Program-made: the position numbers and the translations under genes
The notes under the pieces: model-generated
What the model was told of the DNA's origin: nothing
Seen by the model: only the letters and a program-made list of their open reading frames with translations
Databases searched by the model: none
DNA from: Podarcis pityusensis
Lineage: Eukaryota
DNA: 64,000 nt
NCBI GenBank assembly: GCA_964106645.2
Contig: OZ067046.1
Strand: one strand, 5' to 3'
Shown here: piece by piece, positions 1 through 12,796 of the stretch
Position numbering within the stretch: position 1 is the first letter of the stretch
Layout: every line of letters begins with the position of its first letter

Positions 1-698
1 CCTCAACAAATGTACCAAATTAAAGTTATTTCCACCTGTGCCTTTTGCTGCATTTTTGCCCCTCACAGGCTGCTTCTTGCCCTGAGCTTTCCAGGCCCAT
101 TTTATTTATGAATGAATGAATAAATGAATGAATGAAACTTACATACCGCTTGTTGTCAATTGGCCACACAGTGGTTTACAACATAGTAACAAAGGTGGAT
201 CCAATGAGTAATATGCTAGTTTCTACACCACCTCTCACACCCGTTTCTGTCCTCCATCTTGGCAAGCAGGGACACAATTCTGGCCATGCAAAAACACTTA
301 AGGAGGATATGAAGTAGATCTGGGAAATGATGTGGCTTGGGAAAAGAGGGTGAGTGTTGAGGAATGAATGTGGCCTGGGAAGAGTCCAAAGGACCAGACA
401 CAGAAGTCTAGAGGACTGCATTTGGCCACATCCTTGTCTCTTGAGTGTTGTCCAGATCCTTCTCAGTTTTCACCCCACACTCATTAAGGAGAGGTTTTGG
501 CTGACCTGATGAAAATTGAAGGCTCCATGTGGTTGAAATTAAGGACAATTTCCTGGTTTCTTGAGTTTAAAGTGGCTGCCACACATCTGCTTGCTCTAAA
601 ACTAGCCCCCCCTTTTTTTAAATAAAGAAGATACTACTATTTTGATACCTGTTGGTAATTATGTTGGTTTGGCCCACAAATTCAATAGATTTGTACTA

Positions 699-924
699 CA
701 GTGGTACCTCAGCTTAAGTACTTAATTCGTTCCAGAGGTCCGTACTTAACCTGAAACTGTTCTTAACCCGAAGCACCACCTTAGCTAATGGCGCCTCCCG
801 CTGCTGCCGCGCCGCCGTAGCCCAATTTCTGTTCTCATCCTGAAGCAAAGTTCTTAACCTGAAGCACTATTTCTGGGTTAACGGAGTCTGTAACCTGAAG
901 CGTATGTAACCTGAGGTACCACTG
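699..924. mobile_element. Tc1/mariner (Tigger/pogo-like) MITE, family A
   Basis: TA-CAGTGGTACCTC...GAGGTACCACTG-TA. Confidence 0.9.
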
Positions 925-1281
925 TATAGTCATTTTTTAAAAAAAAGTTGCAGGCCCATTGCTGACAAGAAAATACAATGTTTCTTTTCATGACGTCAAA
1001 TGCAGTTCAGAAATTTGGTTGAAATTAAGTCCAATGAAGCAGTCAGTTGGAATACTTAAAATTCTACACCAGAGTGTCATGTAGTTATTCCTCCAAGAAC
1101 TCTGAACCCATTTTGATTTTGCAGTATACTGTGTGTGGGGGTTTTTTTCTTCCATCGAGGCTTTCTAGTAATCTGGAGCGGTGACCCAAATAAAGACTCA
1201 GCCACATTTGTGCAAGTCTTACTGATCTTGCCAAGCATAAAAGGCAGCAGGAGGACCATCTCTACTTTTTAATGAAGTGGG

Positions 1282-1316
1282 TTTTGTTTTTGTTTTGTTT
1301 TGTTTTGTTTTGTTTT
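1282..1316. repeat. (TTTTG)n microsatellite
   Basis: Direct reading. Confidence 0.95.
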
Positions 1317-1544
1317 AAAAAAACACACATTCCATTCCAGCATCACTCCTTGAACTGTATTAATGGATCTGTAAAATGTAACTGGGATAGTTTAATTAAC
1401 ACTCAGTGTCTGCCCACTTAAAAGACTTAGGAAAACAAAGCCATTTTAACAGTAACCTGCTACTTTCGAGAGAGCCAGCTCAGAATGTGACGCAGGCAGG
1501 ATATTATAATTGTGCCAAGGAAGTCTCTTGTAATGATTGCTTTA

Positions 1545-1785
1545 CAGTGGTACCTCGGTTTATGAACTTAATCTGCTCCAGAAGTCCGTTCTTAAACCAA
1601 AACCGTTCTTAAACCGAGGTGAGCTTTCCCTAATGAGGCCTCCTGCCGCTAGTGCCCTTCCATCGTTTTGATTCTGTTCTTAGACCGAGGTAAAGGTCTC
1701 AAACCGGGACACTATTTCTGGTTTTGCGGAGTTTGTAAACTGAATTGTTCTTAAACCGGACTGTTCTTAAACCGAGGTACCACTG
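1545..1785. mobile_element. Tc1/mariner MITE, family A-related subfamily
   Basis: CAGTGGTACCTCGGTTTA...TAAACCGAGGTACCACTG; TA on left, TG on right. Confidence 0.88.
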
Positions 1786-2047
1786 TGTTTGGTTATTCCT
1801 TGCTCACGATGCATGCTTTGTCATTCTCATTCACCTCGAGCAGAATATGTGGTTCTTTCCCCCTCACACATCTTAAGCAACATGGGCTAAGCCTTGGCAA
1901 GCAATATGGGCTAAGCTTTGGCACCTTTGAGACAGCCCATTTTCCATGAGCACAGGGAAGGGAGCTTCAGTAAGAAAAGGGTTACCATGGGTTGGGTCAT
2001 CCTAGGTATGGAATATTAATAGTGCAATCCTATGCAAGTCTTCCCAG

Positions 2048-2400
2048 ATGGTGGCCCAGAGACTGATACTGATGGATTGGGGTAATAAAGATATGATACC
2101 CTTTAATCATTGGATTGACAGTATGACAACACTCAAAATTTATGAATGGACTGCTTACAGATGCAGACTTTGTTTGGATAAATATGATAACATTTGGAAT
2201 GAGTGTATACAGAATATACGGAATGTTTAAACTACAGAATGTAGCAGGCTACTAAGATCTACATAAGTATTAGGAAAATAAAACTATCAATTTATATGAG
2301 AATATATTGCATTTTTGTGTATATATTTTTATTATAAACATTTTTGTTTTTTCTCCCTCTCACATTTCCTTCTTTTTTTCTGTATCACTTTATTTCTTTA
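2048..2400 (+). mobile_element. L1/Tx1-clade LINE 3' remnant
   Basis: Peptide AQRLILMDW...W...M...E...Y...KYDNIW resembles the C-terminus of non-mammalian L1 ORF2. Confidence 0.55.
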
Positions 2401-2410
2401 TAATTGTATT

Positions 2411-2412
<2 letters not shown>

Positions 2413-2442
<30 letters not shown>
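2413..2442. repeat. (CAT)n microsatellite
   Basis: Direct reading. Confidence 0.95.
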
Positions 2443-3071
2443 AATATATTCCCATAAGTAAATTGCTGCCGAGTTCAGTGGGACTTACTCTCAAAGAAGT
2501 CATATAGCATTACAGTCTAATCTTACAAAGAAGCATATTGCTGCATTCTTTGTGTGTTGAGAGTGGATGTGTCTTAAGGCAAAGGGAAGAAAGTCACCTT
2601 TCAGTTTCATGTCTCCTGGGAATTAGTTAAAGATCCACTTCCTTTTACACTTACACACCCTGACCAGGCCACAGGGATTATGCTCTTCCAGGCATCATCC
2701 CACTGTGCTGCAGTATGGATCAGAATACTATAGACATTGGAATAGGGCTGATCTTATGTGATTTCTTCAGAGAATGCTACCCAACCTGCCTGCTTGCTGC
2801 ATAGGATAATATGGATGGTTGGGTGTAAAGTTAACAAGGGACATTGCTTGAGATGTGTCAAGTTCCCACGCAATATCCCTCTGGCACAGGTAGCTCTGGG
2901 TGGGAGCGAACCATATCACTAGTAATGTCATAGGCGTTGTTGTATGTCGATACCTCTGGCACTTGTGTAAGAAGCACAACACACACAGCAGTCAGGCTCT
3001 CAGTTGATGAGCCATCAAGAAGACCATCTCTTTTCCCAGTGGTAAAATGTTAGTTTCTCCACCTTCTAAGA

Positions 3072-3380
3072 CAGGGGTCAGCAAGGTTTACCTCACTTGG
3101 GCCAGTTCACACCAGCAGAGATCCCTTCGTAGGCCAGATCGTGTGCATGCCTGCGATTTTTGGCATCTGCGTTTGCACAGATGTGATTTTCGACATCTGT
3201 GCATGCGCAGACACAATTTTCGGTGCCGTGGAAGTGGGTCCCTGCTCCGCGCCTTGCAGGTTTAGCACAGTGCGCGGGGACGTGCTGAGCGGGCAGCTTG
3301 GTTTGGGGGCGGTTTGCGGGCCAGTTAAATGACCCCCTTGGGCTGCTTGTGGCCCATGGGCCTTAGGTTGCCGACCCCTG
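3072..3380. mobile_element. hAT (Charlie-like) MITE
   Basis: TIR CAGGGGTC(A/G)GCAA; perfect 8-bp TSD TTCTAAGA. Confidence 0.92.
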
Positions 3381-5337
3381 TTCTAAGACACCTATAGCCC
3401 CTGCAGAAAATGAGTTACAATTGCGCATTGCTTGAGTGGATTGTCTTGAAAGGTTCTGCGACTCAAAAGAAACAGAAGCAGAAGAGCCCAAGTGTTCATC
3501 TTCTTCCGGTCTACTGAATGACCCAGCTGTAATGTAGTTCTTTGACATTCCTTAAGACAAGCCTGCTGGCTTCTCTTGGTTCCTGCAAACTCTTGTTCTT
3601 TTTACAAGTGATTATTGTGGGTTTTCTACACTTAGCATTAAAAGCAGAAATAAAACCTGGCAGCCTAATGTTATATCAATGATGCAATAATGGTGTGTGA
3701 TTGTTATGTGTGCATAAAGAAAATTGCAGCTGAATAATGTGCAGCTAATAAGAGGTTTGGAAGTCTAAAAAGGCAACTGGTTTCAAATTTACTAAGGTGG
3801 CTTTGCTGTGCTTTACTGGCATTAGCAGATTTCTCTGAAACACTACAGCATCATTTTTGTTTGAAGGAGAAGATGATGTACCCAGGTGACAATGTGTGCA
3901 GGATACGAATTTCTGCTTTATAAATTTGATATTTGCTTGCCTTTCATATTGTCTCAGCTTGGCTAAATTTACAATTTAGCTTCTACAGTGACATCTGGTG
4001 GTAGTTCAGAAATTCCTTAAATAGCAGTTCTTTAAGGATTGTTTAAACTAGACATTGAGACAGGGGAATTGAATTTGCGTGGGTCAGGACTGGAAACGAA
4101 CATGGCCAATTTATATAAGGCTCCCCAATTATGAAGTAGATAAAATTCCACTCTGGAGTTTAACTTGGCTCATAATGAGCTCACCTTAATGCCAGCTGTC
4201 TCTAGCCTTGCTTGCTATTGGTTTCCCTGCATTTCCAAACTAGCTTTGTGGTAGTATGAAACTGATGTCAAAGAACAGCTCTCAGAGGAGCCATCTTAGT
4301 GACTACAACTCCCAGCATTACTGGCGGTATTGAAGGCTTCTGTGTAGGTAGTGCAAGTGTTCATTTTGTCACTGAAAACTCTACACATTTAAACATAGGT
4401 CGTCTGCTGACCTCAGCAGTTCTTGCTACCAGTTTTCCTTCTCCCTTCCTCACAAGGCAAAGTTTGGAAAGGAAGAGAAACTTAGTATAGTGGAGGGCTG
4501 ATGTGAAGCATTCAGTACTGGACTATTTGTTTTTTCCTCGTTACATGCTTTGGGAATTTTATGCAAATTGAAAAGTGGGCATTAATGTCCTAAATTTGAC
4601 AAATACTGTACTTTCAGATAACTACCTTCCACCCATCCAAAATAGTTTGGAGAGTTCCATAGCTGCAGATCTCTCTGTCCTGTTATCGTTCTGTCCACAT
4701 TGTGGTTCCCTACCTAAGCCACAACGGTGATGAAATCATGCCATATTGCCAGGTTTCTTTAAAAATGGGCATGCCAAAGGCTAGTTTAATTTTTTAAGCC
4801 TCTCCATGACAAACCAGCAGGCCCCAACTACTTCATGTAACACATTTATGTCATGGTGCAGGCAGGGCCTGATACAAAAAATAAGTAGTTTAGGGCCTTT
4901 ACAGCCATTGCTTTTAGCACTGGGATGCTACAAGGGGGAAAGGACCAGAACTCAAGTTTGTGTGTGCTCCCATCTTTTCCTTCAGGGAAAAGGTGACAAG
5001 TGCATTGAGTGACAGGTAACATCTGAACAGGCCTTGTACCTAATACTGATTCTTACCTTTCATGCTTCTATACTTTATGGTCTACAATCATTGGCTAACT
5101 TTCCCCTTACAATTCATTTGTAATCACTAACTGCCTTTTCTTGAGTTTTGTGCCATATATAAAAGTAGAATGCTTCATTTTGGTCTATACAAAATAGCAA
5201 GGCTGTGGAAACCATTATGCTTTTTGTTTGTGACTTGTGGCAAATACTTTTTTTTAAAAAAAGATGCCACATTCGATAAAATCAATCATGTAGATATGAT
5301 ACTCAACGCTGTTTCTTTTCCTCCCTTTCCTATCCAG

Positions 5338-5652
5338 GTACAATAGCCACTGCTGATTTCCTTGACCGTGAGACTACTTCCCATTACTGGCTTACTGTTT
5401 ATGCAACAGACAGGGGTGTTGTGCCTCTGTCTTCCTTCATTGAAATCTATATAGAAGTTGGGGATGTCAACGACAATGCTCCGCAGACGACTCAGCCTGT
5501 TTATTACCCAGAAGTCATGGAAAATTCACCTAAGGATATGTCGGTCATTCAGATTGAGGCATTTGATGCAGACTCAGGGTCCAATGACAAGCTGACCTAC
5601 AAGATTACCAGTGGAAATCCACAGGGATTCTTCTTCATTAATCCAAAAACTG
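5338..5652 (+). CDS. FAT1: FAT1 coding exon (exon 3 equivalent, 315 nt), cadherin repeats
   Basis: Polypyrimidine tract + ccag|GT acceptor, ACTG|gtaagt donor; translates [27 protein letters not shown]...DVNDNAP...[14 protein letters not shown] with cadherin LDRE and DxNDNxP motifs. Confidence 0.96.
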
Positions 5653-7104
5653 GTAAGTGAATACCATTCTTGACATTTGCAGCTATGAATTGATTCTACA
5701 TCTTAAAAATAGAAGAGGAAAGACATGATTGGGGAAAAGAGATGAACATCTCTGATTCTGAATTCTGATTTGTACTTGTGCAGGAAGTCCATGAATAGGA
5801 TTGTTGATTCAGAGGTGATCTACACACTAATCTGAATTGCCGTCATTTCAGAATGCAATGGAGAATCCCATTTGAATGCTTTGTGCACAAAATCTTTCTG
5901 CAGATTAGAAATTAAGGTTTAGGCTTTTCTCCCTGGTATCCTGATGTTCCATGGGTTAGGAAGTCCTCTTTTTTAATGTGGTGCACAAACATGTGATCCT
6001 TCAGTTGTATGAATTAGTAATTCCAGGAAGTTTGTACTGCATAGCTTTGCTGAACTACTAGCCTTCAGTGGTAGAGGGAAAACACTTGGGATTTTCCTAC
6101 CTGATGAATTGTATCTGAAAATATAACAGGTTAGAAGTAGGAAAGGGGATGCAACGAAGTAACAGGAACTGTGCAAATATTTATTGGACTTTTTGATAAA
6201 TATAGGAAGATGAGTATTTTGATACATAAGCAATACATGTACTAGGCACCTGGAGTGTCAGCTAAAGATAATCATTTGAGAGAAGGGGGATGTTTTGGAG
6301 AACCAAATTGGATACTGGTTAGACTGTCAATATTATACTGTATGTGGAAATCAATGGTATAAGTGGGGGTGAAGGTTTAAGCTTTGTGTAGCTTCTTGAC
6401 CTAGTTTTTGTAGGATTAGTCCTGTGTTGAGTTATCCTCTGGGATGATCTCATGGGTCACTTTTACCAAAAGAATGCCGTATCTTTGGAGGCATGAGAAA
6501 CTTTTACTTTGCATTCTCTTTATTTGTTGGGTATACTTTTGACATGTTTTAGTTAAATTTTAACTCCGTTGTCTTGACTCCACCAATGTGAGCTCAGTGG
6601 ACGAATAAATTCCCAGCCACCAGAGAAAATAAAGTGGCGAGGAGCTTAGAGGATCCCTCCACTCTAGTCCTGGAATTAATTTAAAAATCAAATCACATAA
6701 AATCAAAATTCTACCTCTTGCAGGGCTTGGCTAAGATTGAGCATGTTTGCTCTCTCGGTTAAAGCAACAGGAACTATTGGGGAAATCCACCCAAGTAAGA
6801 GACATTCACAAGAGTCTCCTTAATATCTTGGTGGAATAAACTTTGGCCCAAACATAACCCAGAGGTTATGGGGACAAACTCCATTTTGAATCTAGCACAG
6901 AGACAGAGCCAAGAGTGGTTGGGACATATTTCCTCCCCCTCCCTCCCTTTCCCCCTCTCTCTGTTGTCCCCCTTCCCCATTTTTTCTTTCCAACATCATG
7001 AAAATAGCCTGAGGGCTGCAGGTTCCCCACTCTTTATTTTGTGAGTAGTTTACAAATAAGAAATGCAACATTCCGTTATTGTTCTACCTATCTTAGCATT
7101 GTAT

Positions 7105-7452
7105 GAGACGCGGGTGGTGTTGTGGGTTAAACCACAGAGCCTAGGACTTGCCGATCAGAAGGTCGGCGGCTCAAATCCCCGCAACGGGATGAGCTCCCGT
7201 TGCTCGGTCCCTGCTCCTGCCAACCTAGCAGTTCGAAAGCATGAAGTGCTAGTAGATAATTAGGTACTGCTCTGGTGGGAAGGTAAATGGCGTTTCCGTG
7301 CACTGCTCTGGTTTGCCAGAAGCGGCTTAGTCATGCTGGCCACATGACCCGGAAGCTGTACGCTGGCTCCCTCAGCCAATAAAGCGAGATGAGCGCCGCA
7401 ACTCCAGAGTTGGCCATGACTGGACCTAATGGTCAGGGGTCCCTTTACTTTT
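7105..7452 (+). mobile_element. Sauria-type SINE, full length
   Basis: tRNA-like head, shared body, (CCTTTA)-type tail; ~12-bp TSD TATCTTA(G/A)CATT; three other copies in the window. Confidence 0.9.
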
Positions 7453-10400
7453 TATCTTAACATTTGGGTTAATCTTTTGGAATAATATTGAAATGGATTG
7501 CAAAGAAATCTTGGATATTTCATCATCTTAACTGTGTGTTTCTGCTCTTACTTGTTCTGCAAGCTTCCATCAAGAACTGCTGAAGTGCCTTGCATGTGAA
7601 GTTTGCATTGAAATGAAAATTACGCAGGGCCAGAGACTGGCAATCCATGTTGAAATTTCCAACCAGCAACTTGCAGTTCTATCACTAGTCTATACCTACT
7701 TCAAGATGTACAATTTCATTAATAGAGACCTACATTTTTCCTTTCCTGGATCTAATACTGTCAGTGGGAATACGACCATGGGAGTAGAGGATGAGGAGAA
7801 AATCAAGCCGAGATTAACTGAAAAACTGGTGGTCATTCAATCTTGAGAGTAGCTAGCTTTTTGACTATTTCATAGTTTTGATCCTTGTATCCATCTGTCT
7901 AAAGGGGTGATTTATTCCATTCATTAGCTTTTCAGACAGTTTCCTTCACCTCTCCGCCCTTCTTCATTTGAGCAATGGATTAAGGCTAAATATGCTACGA
8001 ATGTTGTGTCTTAGATCTTTCTGTGTATATAATTTTTTCTGTTTCCTTTTGTTGATACGTATCTGAAAGCCCCCCCCCCCGGCACCTATACGCCATTTTC
8101 TTTCAGATCAATGGCATTTTCTCCAAAATTCTTGAGCCATGAATACCTTAAATGTTTGCTAGTTTTCTGCACTAAATTATTTGGGTCACCTCCTACCTTT
8201 AGATGTTGCTTAGCAAGAGTAACAAGAATATAAGCATTTCATTCAAAAAAAACCCCAAACCCAGCAAGTGTTCATCAATGTTCCTTTGTAACTCTGATAT
8301 TTCAGTTACTGCTTTGATGAAAAAACAATTCAAAGCCAAATACAGATATAAAGTAAAATAACAGATGAACAAAACCACAAGATCCCCTGCTTTCATATGC
8401 ACATAAAAGTAGACTTCAATGAGTTGTAAACAGGAATCATGTGGTATATATAGAGCACAGCGTTTCAGAATTCAAATATTGATCAACATCCATTGCCCAC
8501 CCAAGAAGACTGAGTGCTGATTGGGCTGTTTTTGTGGTTCTCTCTATGTAGGCCCCCCCCCCATAAAAAAATTGTACTTCTGCAAACATTAGGGTGGATC
8601 ATGCTATTTTTGCTACAGAAACAATGGTGTTCACTGCCTGAACATGGGAAATAGAGGGGAAGACAAAATTCAGACTGATTTTAAGGGTTGGGAGGAAGCT
8701 TAAGTAAGCTTTACTTAAGTAAGCTTAAGTAAAATGTTGCATTTTAAATATTTCTTGCTCAGTATTTCAGAAAAACCTCTGTTGTTTCAGTTCTTTCTGA
8801 ATATGTTCTATTTCCCAGTAGCTGTCGGTATTCATAAAGTTGTGTGTGCAGGTCTCTCTCTCTCTCTCTCTCTCGGGGGGGGGGGGGGGAGAGTTCATTT
8901 TATTTTGAACCAATTCCATCTTTCTGTCTCCTTGCACTTTGAAGAAGGAAAGCATTCAACTTTTATTTAATTGTTAAGCATGAAAGCACCACATGAAATT
9001 GGAAGACAATGGCTGCGATTTAAGCCGCCCCAGTGCTAATGGCTCAGCCATGTGAGGCACTTGAATTCAAGTAGAGTGAAGGAGAGGCTTGTTAATTACC
9101 TGGGGACTTACAACCATTAAATTGCAACTCCCAAACAAAAAGGGGTTGATTGATTCTCCATGGATCTGTTTTAAATGCAGATATGTTAGCCCAGCACTAC
9201 TGAAAGGTTCCTGGTTTGAAGCTTGAGGTCCTGGTGTTAAAAGATGCTGAGAGAGGATATTTTGAAGTGAAACATGTGCTACCCTGCCTTGCTGGTAGCA
9301 GCTGTATAGCAGCTAGATGCTCTGTGAAAGGTGACAGCACACATGCATTAGTTAACATCTGTTAAACAGGCACATGGACAGAAAACATCTACTCACGTCC
9401 AGGCTTGCTATTATTAACATGTTAGCCTATGTTTACTACATAGTGATGATTTCTATGTGCCATGTTAGTGTGAATGGGGTACTGGTTACTGACAATGGCT
9501 TCCTTCATGGACTATTGGTTATAAGACTATTCATCAGTATGGTTTCTCCCAGGGCTGTTTTTCTAGATAGAGGTGCTGGAACTCACCACGATCACTTCAG
9601 TTGTTCTCTAATAATAGAAATGGCTCCCATCTGAGAGATGCCAGAACTGAGTTCCATCGGGTTCCAGCTGAAAAAAAGCCTTGCTCTCCAGGCTACTCAG
9701 GACTTTATTTTATCTGAAAAATTGAAAGGTGTATTTGCTAGATTAGTGTGCCTCATTTCTTATGTTTACAAACTTTTAAAGAATTCTTTTGACTAGGCTT
9801 CATTTACAGATATAAAAACGGGGGCAACAAAGTCTTTGTGGATACATTTCTGCTTGACTCATGCAGGGATCTGAATTTTGAGACCTATTATACTTTTTGT
9901 GTCTGCTCTGTTTCAAAAACATAGTTTCATAGTTACTATTTGTGTTTATTAGTCACTTTATTCATTAAAAAATGACTCACAAAATAAAGTCCTATTTGTA
10001 TCTTGTCCCATTTATCTGTCTCTCCTTAATAAAAAATAGCTTTCCTGTTCTCTTTATTATTTGAGCAATGCTATCAAAAGCATGCTCAGTATCCTAGTGA
10101 ACTCAGCATATTGATGGAGACTTCCATAAAGTTTAAACAAAGGAATTAATTTGTTGTTAACAAGGGCAGAGGAATCTCACTACAAGGTTTACTGGTGTCT
10201 ATTAATCCTCAAAGCACTGTGAACTCATAAAATGCGGAGAGCCAACGCCAGATAGTCTGCCTTACTTCTCCTGTCATCTTACAACTTTCCTGACCCTTCA
10301 AGGGAACTGTGGTGGAAGATCTGAAGATTGAGTAAAATGAAATCGGAAATGGGTGCAGCTGTAAACAACATCCAAAGACTTCCTATAACATTGGGAAACC

Positions 10401-11058
10401 ACTTTGTGCTGAAATAAATGACCTGTAGTTGCACAATAGCCTGTCATGGAGGATGCCTCCCTTATTTAACTGCTTGAGGTTTTATATTTCCTGCATCAGG
10501 TTTAAGTCACATACTACATTAGCAGGAAAACACAAATTTCCATTCATTTGCTATGTTCAGTTCCTTTTGTGTTAGAAATAAATAAAAATTCTCCTCCAGG
10601 AGAAAATCATTTCTATAATTGTGTAATAAGTGTTGTTTTCCAGTTCAGTAAAGACGATTATCCAACCATACAGATTATGGATCCCAGTTGTTACGTATCA
10701 GTTTATGTCTAGAGACGGTAATGAAAATGTTGTGAACTGTTAGGTAGTGATCATATGTCCTTAAGCAATATTTGATAGCAGAGTTGTAAAGAGATGGTAG
10801 TGTCATTGTAAACACAGATGAAAGGTGATTTTTTTAAAAAGAAAAAAATTCGCTAATACTGGAACAAGAATAAAAAACATCTTCCAGACTTCCAAAATGC
10901 ATAATTCTGTCCCATATATATTCTTGTGCATAATGATGACTTTTATTAAGAGCTCAACATGTTTTTGAACTGTTGGATAGGCAGCATAATTTGTGCAAGC
11001 TGCATTAGCTTGTTTATGGAATTTGAAAGTTTTAGACTTCGCCTGATGAAGGAACCTA

Positions 11059-11873
11059 CTGTATTTTTCGCCCTATAAGGCGCACCGGCCCATAGGACGC
11101 ACCTAGTTTTCAGGGGGGAAAATCAAGGGGGAAAAATATGATTCCCCCCCCCCCCAGCTCTGGGAGCAGCAGACAGGCTGCATGCAGCCTGTGCGCTACT
11201 CCAAGACCTCCTCCCTGCTTTTGTGGGAGGTGGAGGAATTCCCCCCACCTCCCGCAAAAGCCCACAGGAGCCACGCGCGACTCCTGCGGGCTTTTCGACC
11301 AGGAGGGAGAAGGGAGTCAGTCCCTTGTCCCTCCTCGGGGAAAATCCCACAAGAGCGGCGCGCTCTTTAAAGGGTGTGTGGCTCCTGCGGGCTATTCTAC
11401 GAGGGGGGGGATTCCCCCCCTCATAGAAAAGCCAGCAGAAGCCGTGCACCCTTTAAAGAGCGCACGGCTTCTGCATGCTTTTGCGGGAGGTGGGGGAATT
11501 CCCCCATCTCCTGCAAAAGCCCACAGGAGGGAGAAAGGACTGACTCAGCCAGTCAGTCCCTTCTCCCTCCTTGGGGAAACGCCCCCAAGAGCGGCGCGCT
11601 CTTTAAAGAGCGCGCGGCTCCTGTGGGCTTTTCAACCCAGCTTGTGGGGCTGGCGATGGGGGGGAAGTGCTGCTTTCCCCCACCCCCAGCCTCAAAGAGC
11701 AGACTCTCCTGGCTTCTGCAAAAGCAACGCGAAGCCTCCGGAGCGCAGGCTTTGGAGGCTTCGCGTTGCTGTCGCTGAAGCCAAGGAGCCTGCATTCGCC
11801 CCATAGGACACACACACATTTCCCCTTCATTTTTGGAGGGGAAAAAGTGCATCCTATAGGGCGAAAAATACGG
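11059..11873. mobile_element. Non-autonomous Tc2/pogo-like DNA transposon (815 bp) with GC-rich palindromic interior
   Basis: TA TSD; ~27-bp TIR C(T/C)GTATTTTTCGCCCTATA.G..GCAC; no transposase. Confidence 0.88.
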
Positions 11874-12574
11874 TATACTAAAAGCAAGTTCCGCTTTCGT
11901 TTGGTTCTCTGCATACGCAGAAAGAACAGAACTAAATGCAGGGTATACTTTTGAGTTCAAAGTGACTCAAGGCATGCAAAGTTTGTACTTTCCCCTGAAC
12001 ATGATTTAACCTTAAGTTCAGTGGAGCAGTTATACCAAGGCACAAAATAATTCCCGCAAGGCCTACATGGGTCACAAATTTATCCTTTTTTATGTAGTTG
12101 GGATTGGGGGTTTTGTTGGAGAAGCTTCAGACAAGTATGAAAAGTGGGCACCTGATATCTCTACTAAACAGTAAGTTCAGAACTTAGATCTGAAGGTGAA
12201 GAATGCCTTGCTGAAGCTTTGCAGGGTCTTCGTCTAGTTATTTGTGAGATGGAAGACTACCTAGGTATCACTGCCTTGAGTTCTGCTGTGGAAGAAAGGT
12301 GGAGTATATGTGTAATACATAATCATAATTTTTTGTTTAGGCTGTAATAAGCTAATTCTTAACATTAGCTCCATGTTCTGTACATATGGGGACAGCAGGT
12401 GATGCAGTCATTGTCTCAGTTCCATCACTGCTCCTCTAGCTCCCAATGTGTGGGGAGTTGTAAGCTGTGATGACAGTGACCAGGGAGTGCAGGAAGAATG
12501 CCCACTTAGGAGTGAAGCAGCTGACCCCTGAGCAAAGAGTAGGCCTCAACAGAGGGTGGGACTCTTGCCAATGG

Positions 12575-12796
12575 TTTCAAGTCACAAGAAAGGAGAGTCC
12601 AGCTAAGCATCAGGAAGAACTTTCTGACAATAAAAGCTGTTTGACCGTGGAACAGACTCCCTCAGAAGATGGTGAACTCTCCTTCATTGGAGGTTTTTAA
12701 GCAGAGGTTGGATGGCCATCTGTCATGGATGCTTTAGTTGAGATTCCTGCATTTCTAGATGACCATGGAGATCCCTTCCAACTCTTACAATTCTGT
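12575..12796 (+). mobile_element. CR1 LINE 3' fragment
   Basis: Typical CR1 end: aggaagaactttctgac...ggaggtttttaagcagaggttggatggccatctgtc...cccttccaactc; other short CR1-like ends near 13099-13230 (-), 31640-31800 and 45500-45630 (+). Confidence 0.8.

Noticed and set aside
8696-8732. Cluster of AAGCTT/CTTAAG palindromes
   Set aside because: Short low-complexity slippage product; no evidence of function
11123-11960. Cluster of overlapping 100-220 aa ORFs
   Set aside because: By-product of GC-rich palindromic MITE sequence; no transposase or other domain motifs
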